The position numbers and the translations under genes were made by a program. The notes beneath the pieces were generated by a model that was given only the letters and a program-made list of their open reading frames with translations, had not been told where the DNA came from and made no database searches. From NCBI GenBank assembly GCA_964016885.1, contig OZ024740.1, positions 9,858,001-9,922,000 on the forward strand: 64,000 nt of DNA. Direction: 5' to 3'. Origin of the DNA: Eledone cirrhosa. Taxonomy: Eukaryota. Positions 1-15,000 of this stretch are shown here, in pieces. Positions within the stretch are counted from its first letter, which is position 1. Every line of letters starts with the position of its first letter.

Positions 1-3000
1 TGGTCATCTGGTTTAGGCTTGTCACCAGACTGAGAGAGGGGTGCTGGTGATAGTCTTGTGGTTGATGTGACCACTGGTCATCTGGTTTAGGCTTGTCACC
101 AGACTGAGAGAGAGGTGCTGGTGGTAGTCGTGTGGTTGATGTGACTACTGGACATCTGGTTTAGGCTTGTCACCAGACTGAGAGAGGGTTACTGGTGGTA
201 GTCTTGTGGTTGATGTGACCTCTGGTCATCTGGTTTAGGCTTGTCACCAGACTGAGAGAGGGTTACTGGTGGTAGTCTTGTGGTTGGTGTGACCTCTGGT
301 CATCTGGTTTCGGCTTGTCACCAGACTGAGAGAGGTGTGCTGGTGGTAGTCTTGCGGTTGATGTGACCACTGGTCATCTAGTCTAGGTTTGTCACCAGAC
401 TGAGAGAGAGGTGCTGGTGGTAGTCGTGTGGTTGATGTGACCACTGGTCATCTGGTTTAGGCTTGTCACCAGACTGAGAGAGAGGTGCTGGTGGTAGTCG
501 TGTGGTTGATGTGACTACTGGTCATCTGGTTTAGGCTTGTCACCAGACTGAGAGAGGGTTACTGGTGGTAGTCTTGTGGTTGATGTGACCTCTGGTCATC
601 TGGTTTAGGCTTGTCACCAGACTGAGAGAGGGTTACTGGTGGTAGTCTTCTGGTTGGTGTGACCTCTGTTCATCTGGTTTAGGCTTGTCACCAGACTGAG
701 AGAAGGGTGCTGGTGGTTGTCTTGTGGTTGATGTGACCACTGGTCATCTAGTCTAGGTTTGTCACCAGACTGAGAGAGATGTGCTGGTGGTAGTCGTGTG
801 GTTGATGTGACCTCTGGTCATCTGGTTTAGGTTTGTCGCCAGACTGAGAGAGGGGTGCTGGTGGTAGTCTTGTGGTTGATGTGACCACTGGTCATCTGGT
901 TTAGGCTTGTCACCAGACTGAGAGAGAGGTATTGGTGGTAGTCTTGTGGTTGATGTGACCACTGGTCATCTTTTTTAAGCTTGTCACCAGACTGAGAGAG
1001 AGGTGCTGGTGATAGTCTTGTGGTTGATGTGACCACAGGTCATCTGGTTTAGGCTTGTCACCAGACTGAGAGAGAGGTGCTGGTGGTAGTCTTGTGGTTG
1101 ATGTGACCACTGGTCATCTGGTTTAGGCTTGTCACCAGACTGAGAGAGAGGTATTGGTGGTAGTCTTGTGGTTGATGTGACCACTGGTCATCTTTTTTAA
1201 GCTTGTCACCAGACTGAGAGAGAGGTGCTGGTGATAGTCTTGTGGTTGATGTGACCACAGGTCATCTGGTTTAGGCTTGTCACCAGACTGAGAGAGAGGT
1301 GCTGGTGGTAGTCTTGCGGTTGATGTGACCACTGGTCATCTGGTTTAGGCTTGTCACCAGACTGAGAGAGGGGTGCTGATGATAGTCTTGTGGTTGATGT
1401 GACCATTGGTCATCTGGTTTAGGCTTGTCACCAGACTGAGAGAGAGGTGCTGGTGGTAGTCGTGTGGTTGATGTGACCACTGGTAATCTGGTTTAGGCTT
1501 GTCACCAGACTGAGAGAGGGGTGCTGGTGGTAGTCTTGTGGTTGATGTGACCACTGGTCATCTGGTTTAGGCTTGTCACCAGACTGAGAGAGAGGTATTG
1601 GTGGTAGTCTTGTGGTTGATGTGACCACTGGTCATCTGGTTTAGGCTTGTCACCAGACTGAGAGAGGGGTGCTGGTGGTAGTCTTGTGGTTGATGTGACC
1701 ACTGATCATCTGGTTTAGGCTTGTCACCAGACTGAGAGAGAGGTGCTGGTGGTATTCTTGCGGTTGATGTGACCACTGGTCATCTGGTTTAGGCTTGTCA
1801 CCAGACTGAGAGAGAGGTATTGGTGGTAGTCTTGTGGTTGATGTGACCACTGGTCATCTGGTTTAGGCTTCTCACCAGACTGAGAGAGAGGTGCTGGTGG
1901 TAGTCGTGTGGTTGATGTGACCACTGGTCATCTGGTTTAGGCTTGTCACCAGACTGAGAGAGGGGTGCTGGTGATAGTCTTGTGGTTGATGTGACCACTG
2001 GTCATCTGGTTTAGGCTTGTCACCAGACTGAGAGAGAGGTGCTGGTGGTAGTCGTGTGGTTGATGTGACCACTGGTCATCTGGTTTAGGCTTGTCACCAG
2101 ACTGAGAGAGGGGTGCTGGTGATAGTCTTGTGGTTGATGTGACCACTGGTCATCTGGTTTAGGCTTGTCACCAGACTGAGAGAGAGGTGCTGGTGGTAGT
2201 CGTGTGGTTGATGTGACTACTGGACATCTGGTTTAGGCTTGTCACCAGACTGAGAGAGGGTTACTGGTGGTAGTCTTGTGGTTGATGTGACCTCTGGTCA
2301 TCTGGTTTAGGCTTGTCACCAGACTGAGAGAGGGTTACTGGTGGTAGTCTTGTGGTTGGTGTGACCTCTGGTCATCTGGTTTAGGCTTGTCACCAGACTG
2401 AGAGAGGTGTGCTGGTGGTAGTCTTGCGGTTGATGTGACCACTGGTCATCTAGTCTAGGTTTGTCACCAGACTGAGAGAGAGGTGCTGGTGGTAGTCGTG
2501 TGGTTGATGTGACCACTGGTCATCTGGTTTAGGCTTGTCACCAGACTGAGAGAGAGGTGCTTGTGGTAGTCGTGTGGTTGATGTGACTACTGGTCATCTG
2601 GTTTAGGCTTGTCACCAGACTGAGAGAGGGTTATTGGTGGTAGTCTTGTGGTTGATGTGACCTCTGGTCATCTGGTTTAGGCTTGTCACCAGACTGAGAG
2701 AGGGTTACTGGTGGTAGTCTTCTGGTTGGTGTGACCTCTGGTCATCTGGTTTAGGCTTGTCACCAGACTGAGAGAGGGGTGCTGGTGGTAGTCTTGCGGT
2801 TGATGTGACCACTGGTCATCTAGTCTAGGTTTGTCACCAGACTGAGAGAGATGTGCTGGTGGTAGTCGTGTGGTTGATGTGACCTCTGGTCATCTGGTTT
2901 AGGTTTGTCGCCAGACTGAGAGAGGGGTGCTGGTGGTAGTCTTGTGGTTGATGTGACCACTGGTCATCTGGTTTAGGCTTGTCACCAGACTGAGAGTGGG

Positions 3001-6000
3001 GTGCTGGTGGTAGTCTTGTGGTTGATGTGACCACTGGTCATCTGGTTTAAGCTTGTCACCAGACTGAGAGTGGGGTGCTGGTGGTAGTCTTGTGGTTGAT
3101 GTGACCACTGGTCATCTGGTTTAGGCTTGTCACCAGACTGAGAGAGGGGTGCTGGTGGTTGTCTTGTGGTTGATGTGACCACTGGTCATCTGGTTTAAGC
3201 TTGTCACCAGACTGAGAGTGGGGTGCTGGTGGTAGTCTTGTGGTTGATGTGACCACTGGTCATCTGGTTTAGGCTTGTCACCAGACTGAGAGAGGGGTGC
3301 TGGTGGTAGTCTTGTGGTTGATGTGACCACTGGTCATCTGGTTTAAGCTTGTCACCAGACTGAGAGTGGGGTGCTGGTGGTAGTCGTGTGGTTGATGTGA
3401 CCACTGGTAATCTGGTTTAGGCTTGTCACCATACTGAGAGAGGGGTGCTGGTGGTAGTCGTGTGGTTGATGTGACCACTGGTAATCTGGTTTAGGCTTGT
3501 CACCAGACTGAGAGAGGGGTGCTGGTGGTAGTCTTGTGGTTGATGTGACCACTGGTCATCTGGTTTAGGCTTGTCACCAGACTGAGAGAGAGGTGCTGGT
3601 GGTAGTCTTGCGGTTGATGTGACCACTGGTCATCTGGTTTAGGCTTGTCACCAGACTGAGAGAGAGGTATTGGTGGTAGTCTTGTGGTTGATGTGACCAC
3701 TGGTCATCTGGTTTAGGCTTCTCACCAGACTGAGAGAGAGGTGCTGGTGGTAGTCGTGTGGTTGATGTGACCACTGGTCATCTGGCTTAGGCTTGTCACC
3801 AGACTGAGAGAGAGGTGCTGGTGGTAGTCGTGTGGTTGATGTGACCACTGGTCATCTGGTTTAGGCTTGTCACCAGACTGAGAGAGGGGTGCTGGTGATA
3901 GTCTTGTGGTTGATGTGACCACTGGTCATCTGGTTTAGGCTTGTCACCAGACTGAGAGAGAGGTGCTGGTGGTAGTCGTGTGGTTGATGTGACTACTGGA
4001 CATCTGGTTTAGGCTTGTCACCAGACTGAGAGAGGGTTACTGGTGGTAGTCTTGTGGTTGATGTGACCTCTGGTCATCTGGTTTAGGCTTGTCACCAGAG
4101 TGAGAGAGGGTTACTGGTGGTAGTCTTGTGGTTGGTGTGACCTCTGGTCATCTGGTTTAGGCTTGTCACCAGACTGAGAGAGGTGTGCTGGTGGTAGTCT
4201 TGCGGTTGATGTGACCACTGGTCATCTAGTCTAGGTTTGTCACCAGACTGAGAGAGAGGTGCTGGTGGTAGTCGTGTGGTTGATGTGACCACTGGTCATC
4301 TGGTTTAGGCTTGTCACCAGACTGAGAGAGAGGTGCTGGTGGTAGTCGTGTGGTTGATGTGACTACTGGTCATCTGGTTTAGGCTTGTCACCAGACTGAG
4401 AGAGGGTTACTGGTGGTAGTCTTGTGGTTGGTGTGACCACTGGTCATCTGGTTTAGGCTTGTCACCAGACTGAGAGAGGGGTGCTGGTGGTAGTCTTGCG
4501 GTTGATGTGACCACTGGTCATCTAGTCTAGGTTTGTCACCAGACTGAGAGAGATGTGCTGGTGGTAGTCGTGTGGTTGATGTGACCACTGGTCATCTGGT
4601 TTAGGCTTGTCACCAGACTGAGAGAGGGGTGCTGGTGGTAGTCTTGCGGTTGATGTGACCACTGGTCATCTAGTCTAGGTTTGTCACCAGACTGAGAGAG
4701 ATGTGCTGGTGGTAGTCGTGTGGTTGATGTGACCTCTGGTCATCTGGTTTAGGTTTGTCACCAGACTGAGAGAGGGGTGCTGGTGGTAGTCTTGTGGTTG
4801 ATGTGACCACTGGTTATCTGGTTTAGGCTTGTCACCAGACTGAGAGAGGGGTGCTGGTGGTTGTCTTTTGGTTGATGGGACCACTGGTCATCTGGTTTAG
4901 GCTTGTCACCAGACTGAGAGAGAGGTGCTGGTGGTAGTCTTGTGGTTGATGTGACCACTGGTCATCTTTTTTAGGCTTGTCACCAGACTGAGAGAGAGGT
5001 GCTGGTGGTAGTCTTGTGGTTGATGTGACCACTGGTCATCTGGTTTAGGCTTGTCACCAGACTGAGAGAGGGGTGCTGGTGGTAGTCGTGTGGTTGATGT
5101 GACCACTGGTCATCTGGTTTAGGCTTGTCACCAGACTGAGAGAGAGGTGCTGGTGGTAGTCTTGCGGTTGATGTGACCACTGGTCATCTGGTTTAGGCTT
5201 GTCACCAGACTGAGAGAGAGGTGCTGGTGGTAGTCTTGTGGTTGATGTGACCTCTGGTCATCTGGTTTAGGCTTGTCACCAGACTGAGAGAGGGGTGCTG
5301 GTGGTAGTCTTGTGGTTGATGTGACCTCTGGTCATCTGGTTTAGGCTTGTCACCAGACTGAGAGAGAGGTGCTGGTGGTAGTCTTGCGGTTGATGTGACC
5401 ACTGGTCATCTGGTTTAGGCTTGTCACCAGACTGAGAGAGGGGTGCTGGTGGTAGTCTTGTGGTTGATGTGACCTCTGGTCATCTGGTTTAGGCTTGTCA
5501 CCAGACTGAGAGAGAGGTGCTGGTGGTAGTCTTGCGGTTGATGTGACCACTGGTCATCTGGTTTAGGCTTGTCACCAGACTGAGAGAGAGGTGCTGGTGG
5601 TAGTCGTGTGGTTGATGTGACCACTGGTCATCTGGTTTAGGCTTGTCACCAGACTGAGAGAGAGGTGCTGGTGGTAGTCTTGTGGTTGATGTGACCACTG
5701 GTCATCTGGTTTAGGCTTGTCACCAGACTGAGAGAGAGGTGCTGGTGGTAGTCTTGCGGTTGATGTGACCACTGGTCATCTGGTTTAGGCTTGTCACCAG
5801 ACTGAGAGAGGGGTGCTGGTGGTAGTCTTGTGGTTGGTGTGACCACTGGTCATCTGGTTTAGGCTTGTCACCAGACTGAGAGAGGGTACTGGTGGTAGTC
5901 TTGTGGTTGATGTGACCACTGGTCATCTGGTTTAGGCTTGTCACCAGACTGAGAGAGGGGTGCTGGTGGTAGTCGTGTGGTTGATGTGACCACTGGTCAT

Positions 6001-9000
6001 CTGGTTTAGGCTTGTCACCAGACTGAGAGAGGGTGCTGGTGGTAGTCGTGTGGTTGATGTGACCACTGGTCATCTGGTTTAGGCTTGTCACCAGACTGAG
6101 AGAGGGGTGCTGGTGGTAGTCTTGTGGTTGATGTGACCACTGGTCATCTGGTTTAGGCTTGTCACCAGACTGAGAGAGGGGTGCTGGTGGTAGTCTTGTG
6201 GTTGATGTGACCACTGGTCATCTGGTTTAGGCTTGTCACCAGACTGAGAGAGGGGTGCTGGTGGTAGTCTTGTGGTTGATGTGACCTCTGGTCATCTGGT
6301 TTAGGCTTGTCACCAGACTGAGAGAGGGTTACTGGTGGTAGTCTTGTGGTTGATGTGACCACTGGTCATCTGGTTTAGGCTTGTCACCAGACTGAGAGAG
6401 GGTTACTGGTGGTAGTCTTGTGGTTGATGTGACCACTGGTCATCTGGTTTAGGCTTGTCACCAGACTGAGAGAGGGTTACTAGTGGTAGTCTTGTGGTTG
6501 ATGTGACCACTGGTCATCTGGTTTAGGCTTGTCACCAGACTGAGAGAGGGTTACTGGTGGTAGTCTTGTGGTTGATGTGACCTCTGGTCATCTGGTTTAG
6601 GCTTGTCACCAGACTGAGAGAGGGTTACTAGTGGTAGTCTTGTGGTTGATGTGACCACTGGTCATCTGGTTTAGGCTTGTCACCAGACTGAGAGAGGGTT
6701 ACTGGTGGTAGTCTTGTGGTTGATGTGACCACTGGTCATCTGGTTTAGGCTTGTCACCAGACTGAGAGAGGGTTACTGGTGGTAGTCTTGTGGTTGATGT
6801 GACCACTGGTCATCTGGTTTAGGCTTGTCACCAGACTGAGAGAGGGTTACTGGTGGTAGTCTTGTGGTTGATGTGACCACTGGTCATCTGGTTTAGGCTT
6901 GTCACCAGACTGAGAGAGGGTTACTGGTGGTAGTCTTGTGGTTGATGTGACCACTGGTCATCTGGTTTAGGCTTGTCACCAGACTGAGAGAGGGTTACTG
7001 GTGGTAGTCTTGTGGTTGATGTGACCACTGGTCATCTGGTTTAGGCTTGTCACCAGACTGAGAGAGGGGTGCTGGTGGTAGTCTTGTGGTTGATGTGACC
7101 ACTGGTCATCTGGTTTAGGCTTGTCACCAGACTGAGAGAGGGTTACTGGTGGTAGTCTTGTGGTTGATGTGACCACTGGTCATCTGGTTTAGGCTTGTCA
7201 CCAGACTGAGAGAGGGTTACTGGTGGTAGTCTTGTGGTTGGTGTGACCTCTGGTCATCTGGTTTAGGCTTGTCACCAGACTGAGAGAGGTGTGCTGGTGG
7301 TAGTCTTGCGGTTGATGTGACCACTGGTCATCTAGTCTAGGTTTGTCACCAGACTGAGAGAGAGGTGCTGGTGGTAGTCGTGTGGTTGATGTGACCACTG
7401 GTCATCTGGTTTAGGCTTGTCACCAGACTGAGAGAGAGGTGCTGGTGGTAGTCGTGTGGTTGATGTGACCACTGGTCATCTGGTTTAGGTTTGTCACCAG
7501 ACTGAGAGAGGGGTGCTGCTGGTAGTCTTGCTGTTGATGTGACCACTGGTCATCTGGTTTAGGTATGTTTACCAGACTGAGAGAGTGGTGCTGGTTGTAG
7601 TCTTGTGGTTGATGTGACAACTGGTCATCTGGTTTAGGTTTGTCACCAGACTGAGAGAGGGGTGCTGCTGGTAGTCTTGTGGTTGATGTGACCACTGGTC
7701 ATCTGGTTTAGGTATGTTTACCAGACTGAGAGAGGGGTGCTGGTGGTAGTCTTGTGGTTGATGTGACCACTGGTCAACTGGTTTAGGTTTGTCACCAGAC
7801 TGAGAGAGGGGTGCTGGTGGTAGTCTTGTGGTTGATGTGACCACTGGTCAACTGGTTTAGGTTTGTCACCAGACTGAGAGAGGGGTGCTGCTGGTAGTCT
7901 TGTGGTTGATGTGACCACTGGTCAACTGGTTTAGGTTTGTCACCAGACTGAGAGAGGGGTGCTGCTGGTAGTCTTGTGGTTGATGTGACCACTGGTCAAC
8001 TGGTTTAGGTTTGTCACTAGACTGAGAGAGGGGTGCTGCTGGTAGTCTTGTGGTTGATGTGACCACTGGTCAACTGGTTTAGGTTTGTCACCAGACTGAG
8101 AAAGGGGTGCTGGTGATAGTCTTGTGGTTGATGTGACCACTGTTCATCTGGTTTAGGTTTGTCACCAGACTGAGAAAGGGGTGCTGGTGGTAGTCTTGTG
8201 GTTGACGTGGCCACTGGTCATCTGGTTTAGGCTTGTCACCAGACTGAGAGAGAGGTGCTGGTGATAGTCTTGTGGTTGATCTGACCACTGGTCATCTGGT
8301 TTAGGCTTGTCACAAGACTGAGAGAGAGGTGCTGGTGGTAGTCTTCTGGTTGATGTGAACACTGGTCATCTGGTTTAGGCTTGTCACCAGAGTGAGAAAG
8401 GGGTGCTGGTGGTAGTCTTGTGGTTGATGTGACCACTGGTCATCTGGTTTAGGCTTGTCAATAGACTGAGAGTGGGGTGCTGGTGGTAGTCTTGTGGTTG
8501 ATGTGACCACTGGTCATCTGGTTTAGGCTTGTCACCAGACTGAGAGAGAAGTGCTGGTGGTAGTCTTGTGGTTGATGTGACCACTGGTCATCTGGTTTAG
8601 GCTTGTCACCAGACTGAGTGAGAGGTGCTGGTGGTAGTCTTGTGGTTGATGTGACCACTGGTCATCTGGTTTAGGCTTGTCACCAGACTGAGAGAGAGGT
8701 GCTGGTGGTAGTCTTGTGCTTTATGTGACCACTGCTCATCTGGTTTAGACTTGTCACCAGACTGAGAAAGGGGTGCTGGTGGTAGTCTTGTGGTTGATGT
8801 GCCCACTGGTCATCTGGTCTAGGCTTGTCACCAGACTGAGAGAGAGGTGCTAGTGGTAGTCTTGTGGTTGATGTGACCACTGGTCATCAGGTTTAGGTTT
8901 GTCACCAGACTGAGAAAGAGGTGCTGGTGGTAGTCTTGTGGTTGATGTGACCACTGGTCATCTGGCTTAGATTTGTCACCAGACTGAGAGAGAGGTGCTA

Positions 9001-12000
9001 GTGGTAGTCTTGTAGTTGATGTGACCACTGGTCATCTGGTTTAGGTTTGTTACCAGACTGAGAGAGGGGTGCTGCTGGTAGTTTTGTGGTTGATCTGACC
9101 ACTCGTCATCTGGTTTAGGCTTGTCACCAGAGTGAGAAAGGGGTGCTGGTGGTAGTCTTGTGGTTGATGTGACCACTGGTCATCTGGTTTAGGCTTGTCA
9201 CCAGACTGAGAGAGAGGTGCTGGTGGTAGTCTTTTGGTTGATGTGACCACTGGTCATCTGGTTTAGGCTTGTCACCAAACTGAGAGAGTGGTGCTGGTGG
9301 TAGTCTTGTTGTTGATGTGACCACTGGTCATCTGGTTTAGGTTTATTACCAGACTGAGAGAGAGAGGGGTGTTGGTGGTAGTCTTGTGGTTGATGTGACC
9401 ACTGGTCATCTGGTTTAGGTTTGTCACCATACTGAGAGAGGGGTGCTGGTGGTAGTCTTGTGGTTGATGTGACCACTGGTCAACTGGTTTAGGTTTGTCA
9501 CCAGACTGAGAGAGGGGTGCTGATGGTAGTCTTGTGGTTGATGTGACCACTGGTCAACTGGTTTAGGTTTGTCACCAGACTGAGAAAGGGGTGCTGGTTA
9601 TAGTCTTGTGGTTGATGTGACCACTGTTCATCTGGTTTCGGTTTGTCACCAGACTGAGAAAGGGGTGCTGGTGGTAGTCTTGTGGTTGACGTGGCCACTG
9701 GTCATCTGGTTTAGGCTTGTCACCAGACTGAGAGAGAGGTGCTGGTGATAGTCTTGTGGTTGATCTGACCACTGGTCATCTGGTTTAGGCTTGTCACAAG
9801 ACTGAGAGAGAGGTGCTGGTGGTAGTCTTCTGGTTGATGTGAACACTGGTCATCTGGTTTAGGCTTGTCACCTGAGTGAGAAAGGGGTGCTGGTGGTAGT
9901 CTTGTGGTTGATGTGACCACTGGTCATCTGGTTTAGGCTTGTCAATAGACTGAGAGTGGGGTGCTGGTGGTAGTCTTGTGGTTGATGTGACCACTGGTCA
10001 TCTGGTTTAGGCTTGTCACCAGACTGAGAGAGAATTGCTGGTGGTAGTCTTGTGGTTGATGTGACCACTGGTCATCTGGTTTAGGCTTGTCACCAGACTG
10101 AGTGAGAGGTGCTGGTGGTAGTCTTGTGGTTGATGTGACCACTGGTCATCTGGTTTAGGCTTGTCACCAGACTGAGAGAGAGGTGCTGGTGGTAGTCTTG
10201 TGCTTTATGTGACCACTGCTCATCTGGTTTAGACTTGTCACCAGACTGAGAAAGGGGTGCTGGTGGTAGTCTTGTGGTTGATGTGCCCACTGGTCATCTG
10301 GTCTAGGCTTGTCACCAGACTGAGAGAGAGGTGCTGGTGGTAGTCTTGTGGTTGATGTGACCACTGGTCATCTGGCTTAGATTTGTCACCAGACTGAGAG
10401 AGAGGTGCTAGTGGTAGTCTTGTAGTTGATGTGACCACTGGTCATCTGGTTTAGGTTTGTTCCCAGACTGAGAGAGGGGTGCTGCTGGTAGTTTTGTGGT
10501 TGATCTGACCACTGGTCATCTGGTTTAGGCTTGTCACCAGAGTGAGAAAGGGGTGCTGGTGGTAGTCTTGTGGTTGATGTGACCACTGGTCATCTGGTTT
10601 AGGGTTGTCACCAGACTGAGAGAGAGGTGCTGGTGGTAGTCTTGTGGTTGATGTGACCACTGGTCATCTGGTTTAGGCTTGTCACCAGGCTGAGAGAGAG
10701 GTGCTGGTGGTAGTCTTGTGGTTTATGTGACCACTGGTCATCTGGTTTAGGCTTGTCACCAGACTGAGAAAGGGGTGCTGGTGGTAGTCTTGTGGTTGAT
10801 GTGACCACTGGTCATCTGGTCTAGGCTTGTCACCAGACTGAGAGAGAGGTGCTAGTGGTAGTCTTGTGGTTGTGACCTCTGGTCATCTGGTTTAGGTTTG
10901 TCACCAGACTGAGAGAGAGAAGGGGTGCTGGTGGTAGTCTTGTGGTTGATGTGACCACTGGTCATCTGGCTTAGGTTTGTCACCAGACTGAGAAAGGGGT
11001 GCTGGTGGTAGTCTTGTGGTTGATGTGACCACTGGTCATCTGGTTTAGGCTTGTCACCAGACTGAGAGAGAGGTGCTGGTGGTAGTCTTTTGGTTGATGT
11101 GACCACTGGTCATCTGGTTTAGGCTTGTCACCAAACTGAGAGAGTGGTGCTGGTGGTAGTCTTGTTGTTGATGTGACCACTGGTCATCTGGTTTAGGTTT
11201 ATTACCAGACTGAGAGAGAGAGGGGTGTTGGTGGTAGTCTTGTGGTTGATGTGACCACTGGTCATCAGGTTTAGGTTTGTCACCAGACTGAGGGAGAGGT
11301 GCTGGTGGTAGTCTTGTGGTTGATGTGACCACTAGTCATCTGGCTTAGGTTTGTCACCATACTGAGAGAGAGGTGCTAGTGGTAGTCTTGTGGTTGATGT
11401 GACCACTGGTCATCTGGTTTAGGTTTGTTACCAGACTGAGAGAGGGGTGCTGCTGGTAGTCTTGTGGTTGATGTGACCACTGGTCATCTGGTTTAGCTTT
11501 GTCACCAGACTGAGAGAGAGGTGCGGGTGGTAGTCTTGTGGTTGATGTGACCACTGGTCATCTAGTCTAGGTTTGTCACCAGACTGAGAGAGAGGTGCTG
11601 GTGGTAGTCTTGCGATTGATGTGACCACTGGTCATCTGGTTTAGGTATGTTTACCAGACTGAGAGAGGGGTGCTGGTTGTAGTCTTGTGGTTGATGTGAC
11701 CACTGGTCATCTGGTTTAGGTTTGTCACCATACTGAGAGAGGGGTGCTGGTGGTAGTCTTGTGGTTGATGTGACCACTGGTCAACTGGTTTAGGTTTGTC
11801 ACCAGACTGAGAGAGGGGTGCTGCTGGTAGTATTGTGGTTGATGTGACCACTGGTCAACTGGTTTAGGTTTGTCACCAGACTGAGAAATGGGTGCTGGTG
11901 ATAGTCTTGTGGTTGATGTGACCACTGGTCATCTGGTTTAGGTTTGTCACCAGACAGAGAAAGGGGTGCTGGTGGTAGTCTTGTGGTTGACGTGACCACT

Positions 12001-15000
12001 GGTCATATGGTTTAGGCTTGTCACCAGACTGAGAGAGAGGTGCTGGTGGTAGTCTTGTGGTTGATCTGACCACTGGTCATCTGGTTTAGGCTTGTCACCA
12101 GACTGAGAGAGAGGTGCTGGTGGTAGTCTTGTGGTTGATGTGACCACTGGTCATCTGGTTTAGGCTTGTCACCAGAGTGAGAAAGGGGTGCTGGTGGTAG
12201 TCTTGTGGTTGATGTGACCACTGGTCATCTGGTTTAGGCTTGTCACCAGACTGAGAGAGAGGTGCTGGTGGTAGTCTTGTGGTTGATGTGACCACTGGTC
12301 ATCTGGTTTAGGCTTGTCACCAGACTGAGTGAGAGGTGCTGGTGGTAGTCTTGTGGTTGATGTGACCACTGGTCATCTGGTTTAGGCTTGTCACCAGACT
12401 GAGAGAGAGGTGCTGGTGGTAGTCTTGGGGTTTATGTGACCACTGGTCATCTGGTTTAGACTTGTCACCAGACTGAGAAAGGGGTGCTGGTGGTAGTCTT
12501 GTGGTTGGTGTGACCTCTGGTCATCTGGTTTAGGCTTGTCACCAGACTGAGAGAGGGGTGCTGGTGGTAGTCTTGCGGTTGATGTGACCACTGGTCATCT
12601 AGTCTAGGTTTGTCACCAGACTGAGAGAGATGTGCTGGTGGTAGTCGTGTGGTTGATGTTACCTCTGGTCATCTGGTTTAGGTTTGTCGCCAGACTGAGA
12701 GAGGGGTGCTGGTGGTAGTCTTGTGGTTGATGTGACCACTGGTCATCTGGTTTAGGCTTGTCACCAGACTGAGAGAGGGGTGCTGGTGGTAGTCTTGTGG
12801 TTGATGTGACCACTGGTTATCTGGTTTAGGCTTGTCACCAGACTGAGAGAGGGGTGCTGGTGGTAGTCTTGTGGTTGATGTGACCACTGGTCATCTGGTT
12901 TAAGCTTGTCACCAGACTGAGAGTGGGGTGCTGGTGGTAGTCTTGTGGTTGATGTGACCACTGGTCATCTGGTTTAGGCTTGTCACCAGACTGAGAGAGA
13001 GGTATTGGTGGTAGTCTTGCGGTTGATGTGACCACTGGTCATCTGGTTTAGGCTTGTCACCAGACTGAGAGAGGGGTGCTGATGATAATCTTGTGGTTGA
13101 TGTGACCACGGGTCATCTGGTTTAGGCTTGTCACCAGACTGAGAGAGAGGTGCTGGTGGTAGTCGTGTGGTTGATGTGACCACTGGTAATCTGGTTTAGG
13201 CTTGTCACCAGACTGAGAGAGAGGTGCTGGTGGTAGTCTTGTGGTTGATGTGACCACTGGTCATCTGGTTTAGGCTTGTCACCAGACTGAGAGAGAGGTG
13301 CTGGTGGTAGTCTTGTGGTTGATGTGACCACTGGTCATCTGGTTTAGGCTTGTCACCAGACTGAGAGAGAGGTGCTGGTGGTAGTCTTGTGGTTGATGTG
13401 ACCACTGGTCATCTGGTTTAGGCTTGTCACCAGACTGAGAGAGAGGTGCTGGTGGTAGTCGTGTGGTTGATGTGACAACTGGTCATCTGGTTTAGGCTTT
13501 TCACCAGACTGAGAGAGGGTTACTGGTGGTAGTCTTCTGGTTGGTGTGACCTCTGGTCATCTGGTTTAGGCTTGTCACCAGACTGAGAGAGGGGTGCTGG
13601 TGGTAGTCTTGTGGTTGGTGTGACCTCTGGTCATCTAGTCTAGGTTTGTCACCAGACTGAGAGAGATGTGCTGGTGGTAGTCGTGTGGTTGATGTGACCT
13701 CTGGTCATCTGGTTTAGGTTTGTCACCAGACTGAGAGAGGGGTGCTGGTGGTAGTCTTGTGGTTGATGTGACCACTGGTCATCTGGTTTAAGCTTGTCAC
13801 CAGACTGAGAGTGGGGTGCTGGTGGTAGTCTTGTGGTTGATGTGACCACTGGTCATCTGGTTTAGGCTTGTCACCAGACTGAGAGAGGGGTGCTGGTGGT
13901 TGTCTTGTGGTTGATGGGACCACTGGTCATCTGGTTTAAGCTTGTCACCAGACTGAGAGAAGGGTGCTGGTGGTAGTCTTGTGGTTGATGTGACCACTGG
14001 TCATCTGGTTTAGGCTTGTCACCAGACTGAGAGAGAGGTATTGGTGGTAGTCTTATGGTTGATGTGACCACTGGTCATCTGGTTTAGGCTTCTCACCAGA
14101 CTGAGAGAGAGGTGCTGGTGGTAGTCGTGTGGTTGATGTGACCACTGGTCATCTGGCTTAGGCTTGTCACCAGACTGAGAGAGAGGTGCTGGTGGTAGTC
14201 GTGTGGTTGATGTGACCACTGGTCATCTGGTTTAGGCTTGTCACCAGACTGAGAGAGGGGTGCTGGTGATAGTCTTGTGGTTGATGTGACCACTGGTCAT
14301 CTGGTTTAGGCTTGTCACCAGACTGAGAGAGAGGTGCTGGTGGTAGTCGTGTGGTTGATGTGACTACTGGACATCTGGTTTAGGCTTGTCACCAGACTGA
14401 GAGAGGGTTACTGGTGGTAGTCTTGTGGTTGATGTGACCTCTGGTCATCTGGTTTAGGCTTGTCACCAGAGTGAGAGAGGGTTACTGGTGGTAGTCTTGT
14501 GGTTGGTGTGACCTCTGGTCATCTGGTTTAGGCTTGTCACCAGACTGAGAGAGGTGTGCTGGTGGTAGTCTTGCGGTTGATGTGACCACTGGTCATCTAG
14601 TCTAGGTTTGTCACCAGACTGAGAGAGAGGTGCTGGTGGTAGTCGTGTGGTTGATGTGACCACTGGTCATCTGGTTTAGGCTTGTCACCAGACTGAGAGA
14701 GAGGTGCTGGTGGTAGTCGTGTGGTTGATGTGACCACTGGTCATCTGGTTTAGGCTTGTCACCAGACTGAGAGAGGGTTACTGGTGGTAGTCTTGTGGTT
14801 GATGTGACCTCTGGTCATCTGGTTTAGGCTTGTCACCAGACTGAGAGAGGGTTACTGGTGGTAGTCTTCTGGTTGGTGTGACCTCTGGTCATCTGGTTTA
14901 GGCTTGTCACCAGACTGAGAGAGGGGTGCTGGTGGTAGTCTTGCGGTTGATGTGACCACTGGTCATCTAGTCTAGGTTTGTCACCAGACTGAGAGAGATG

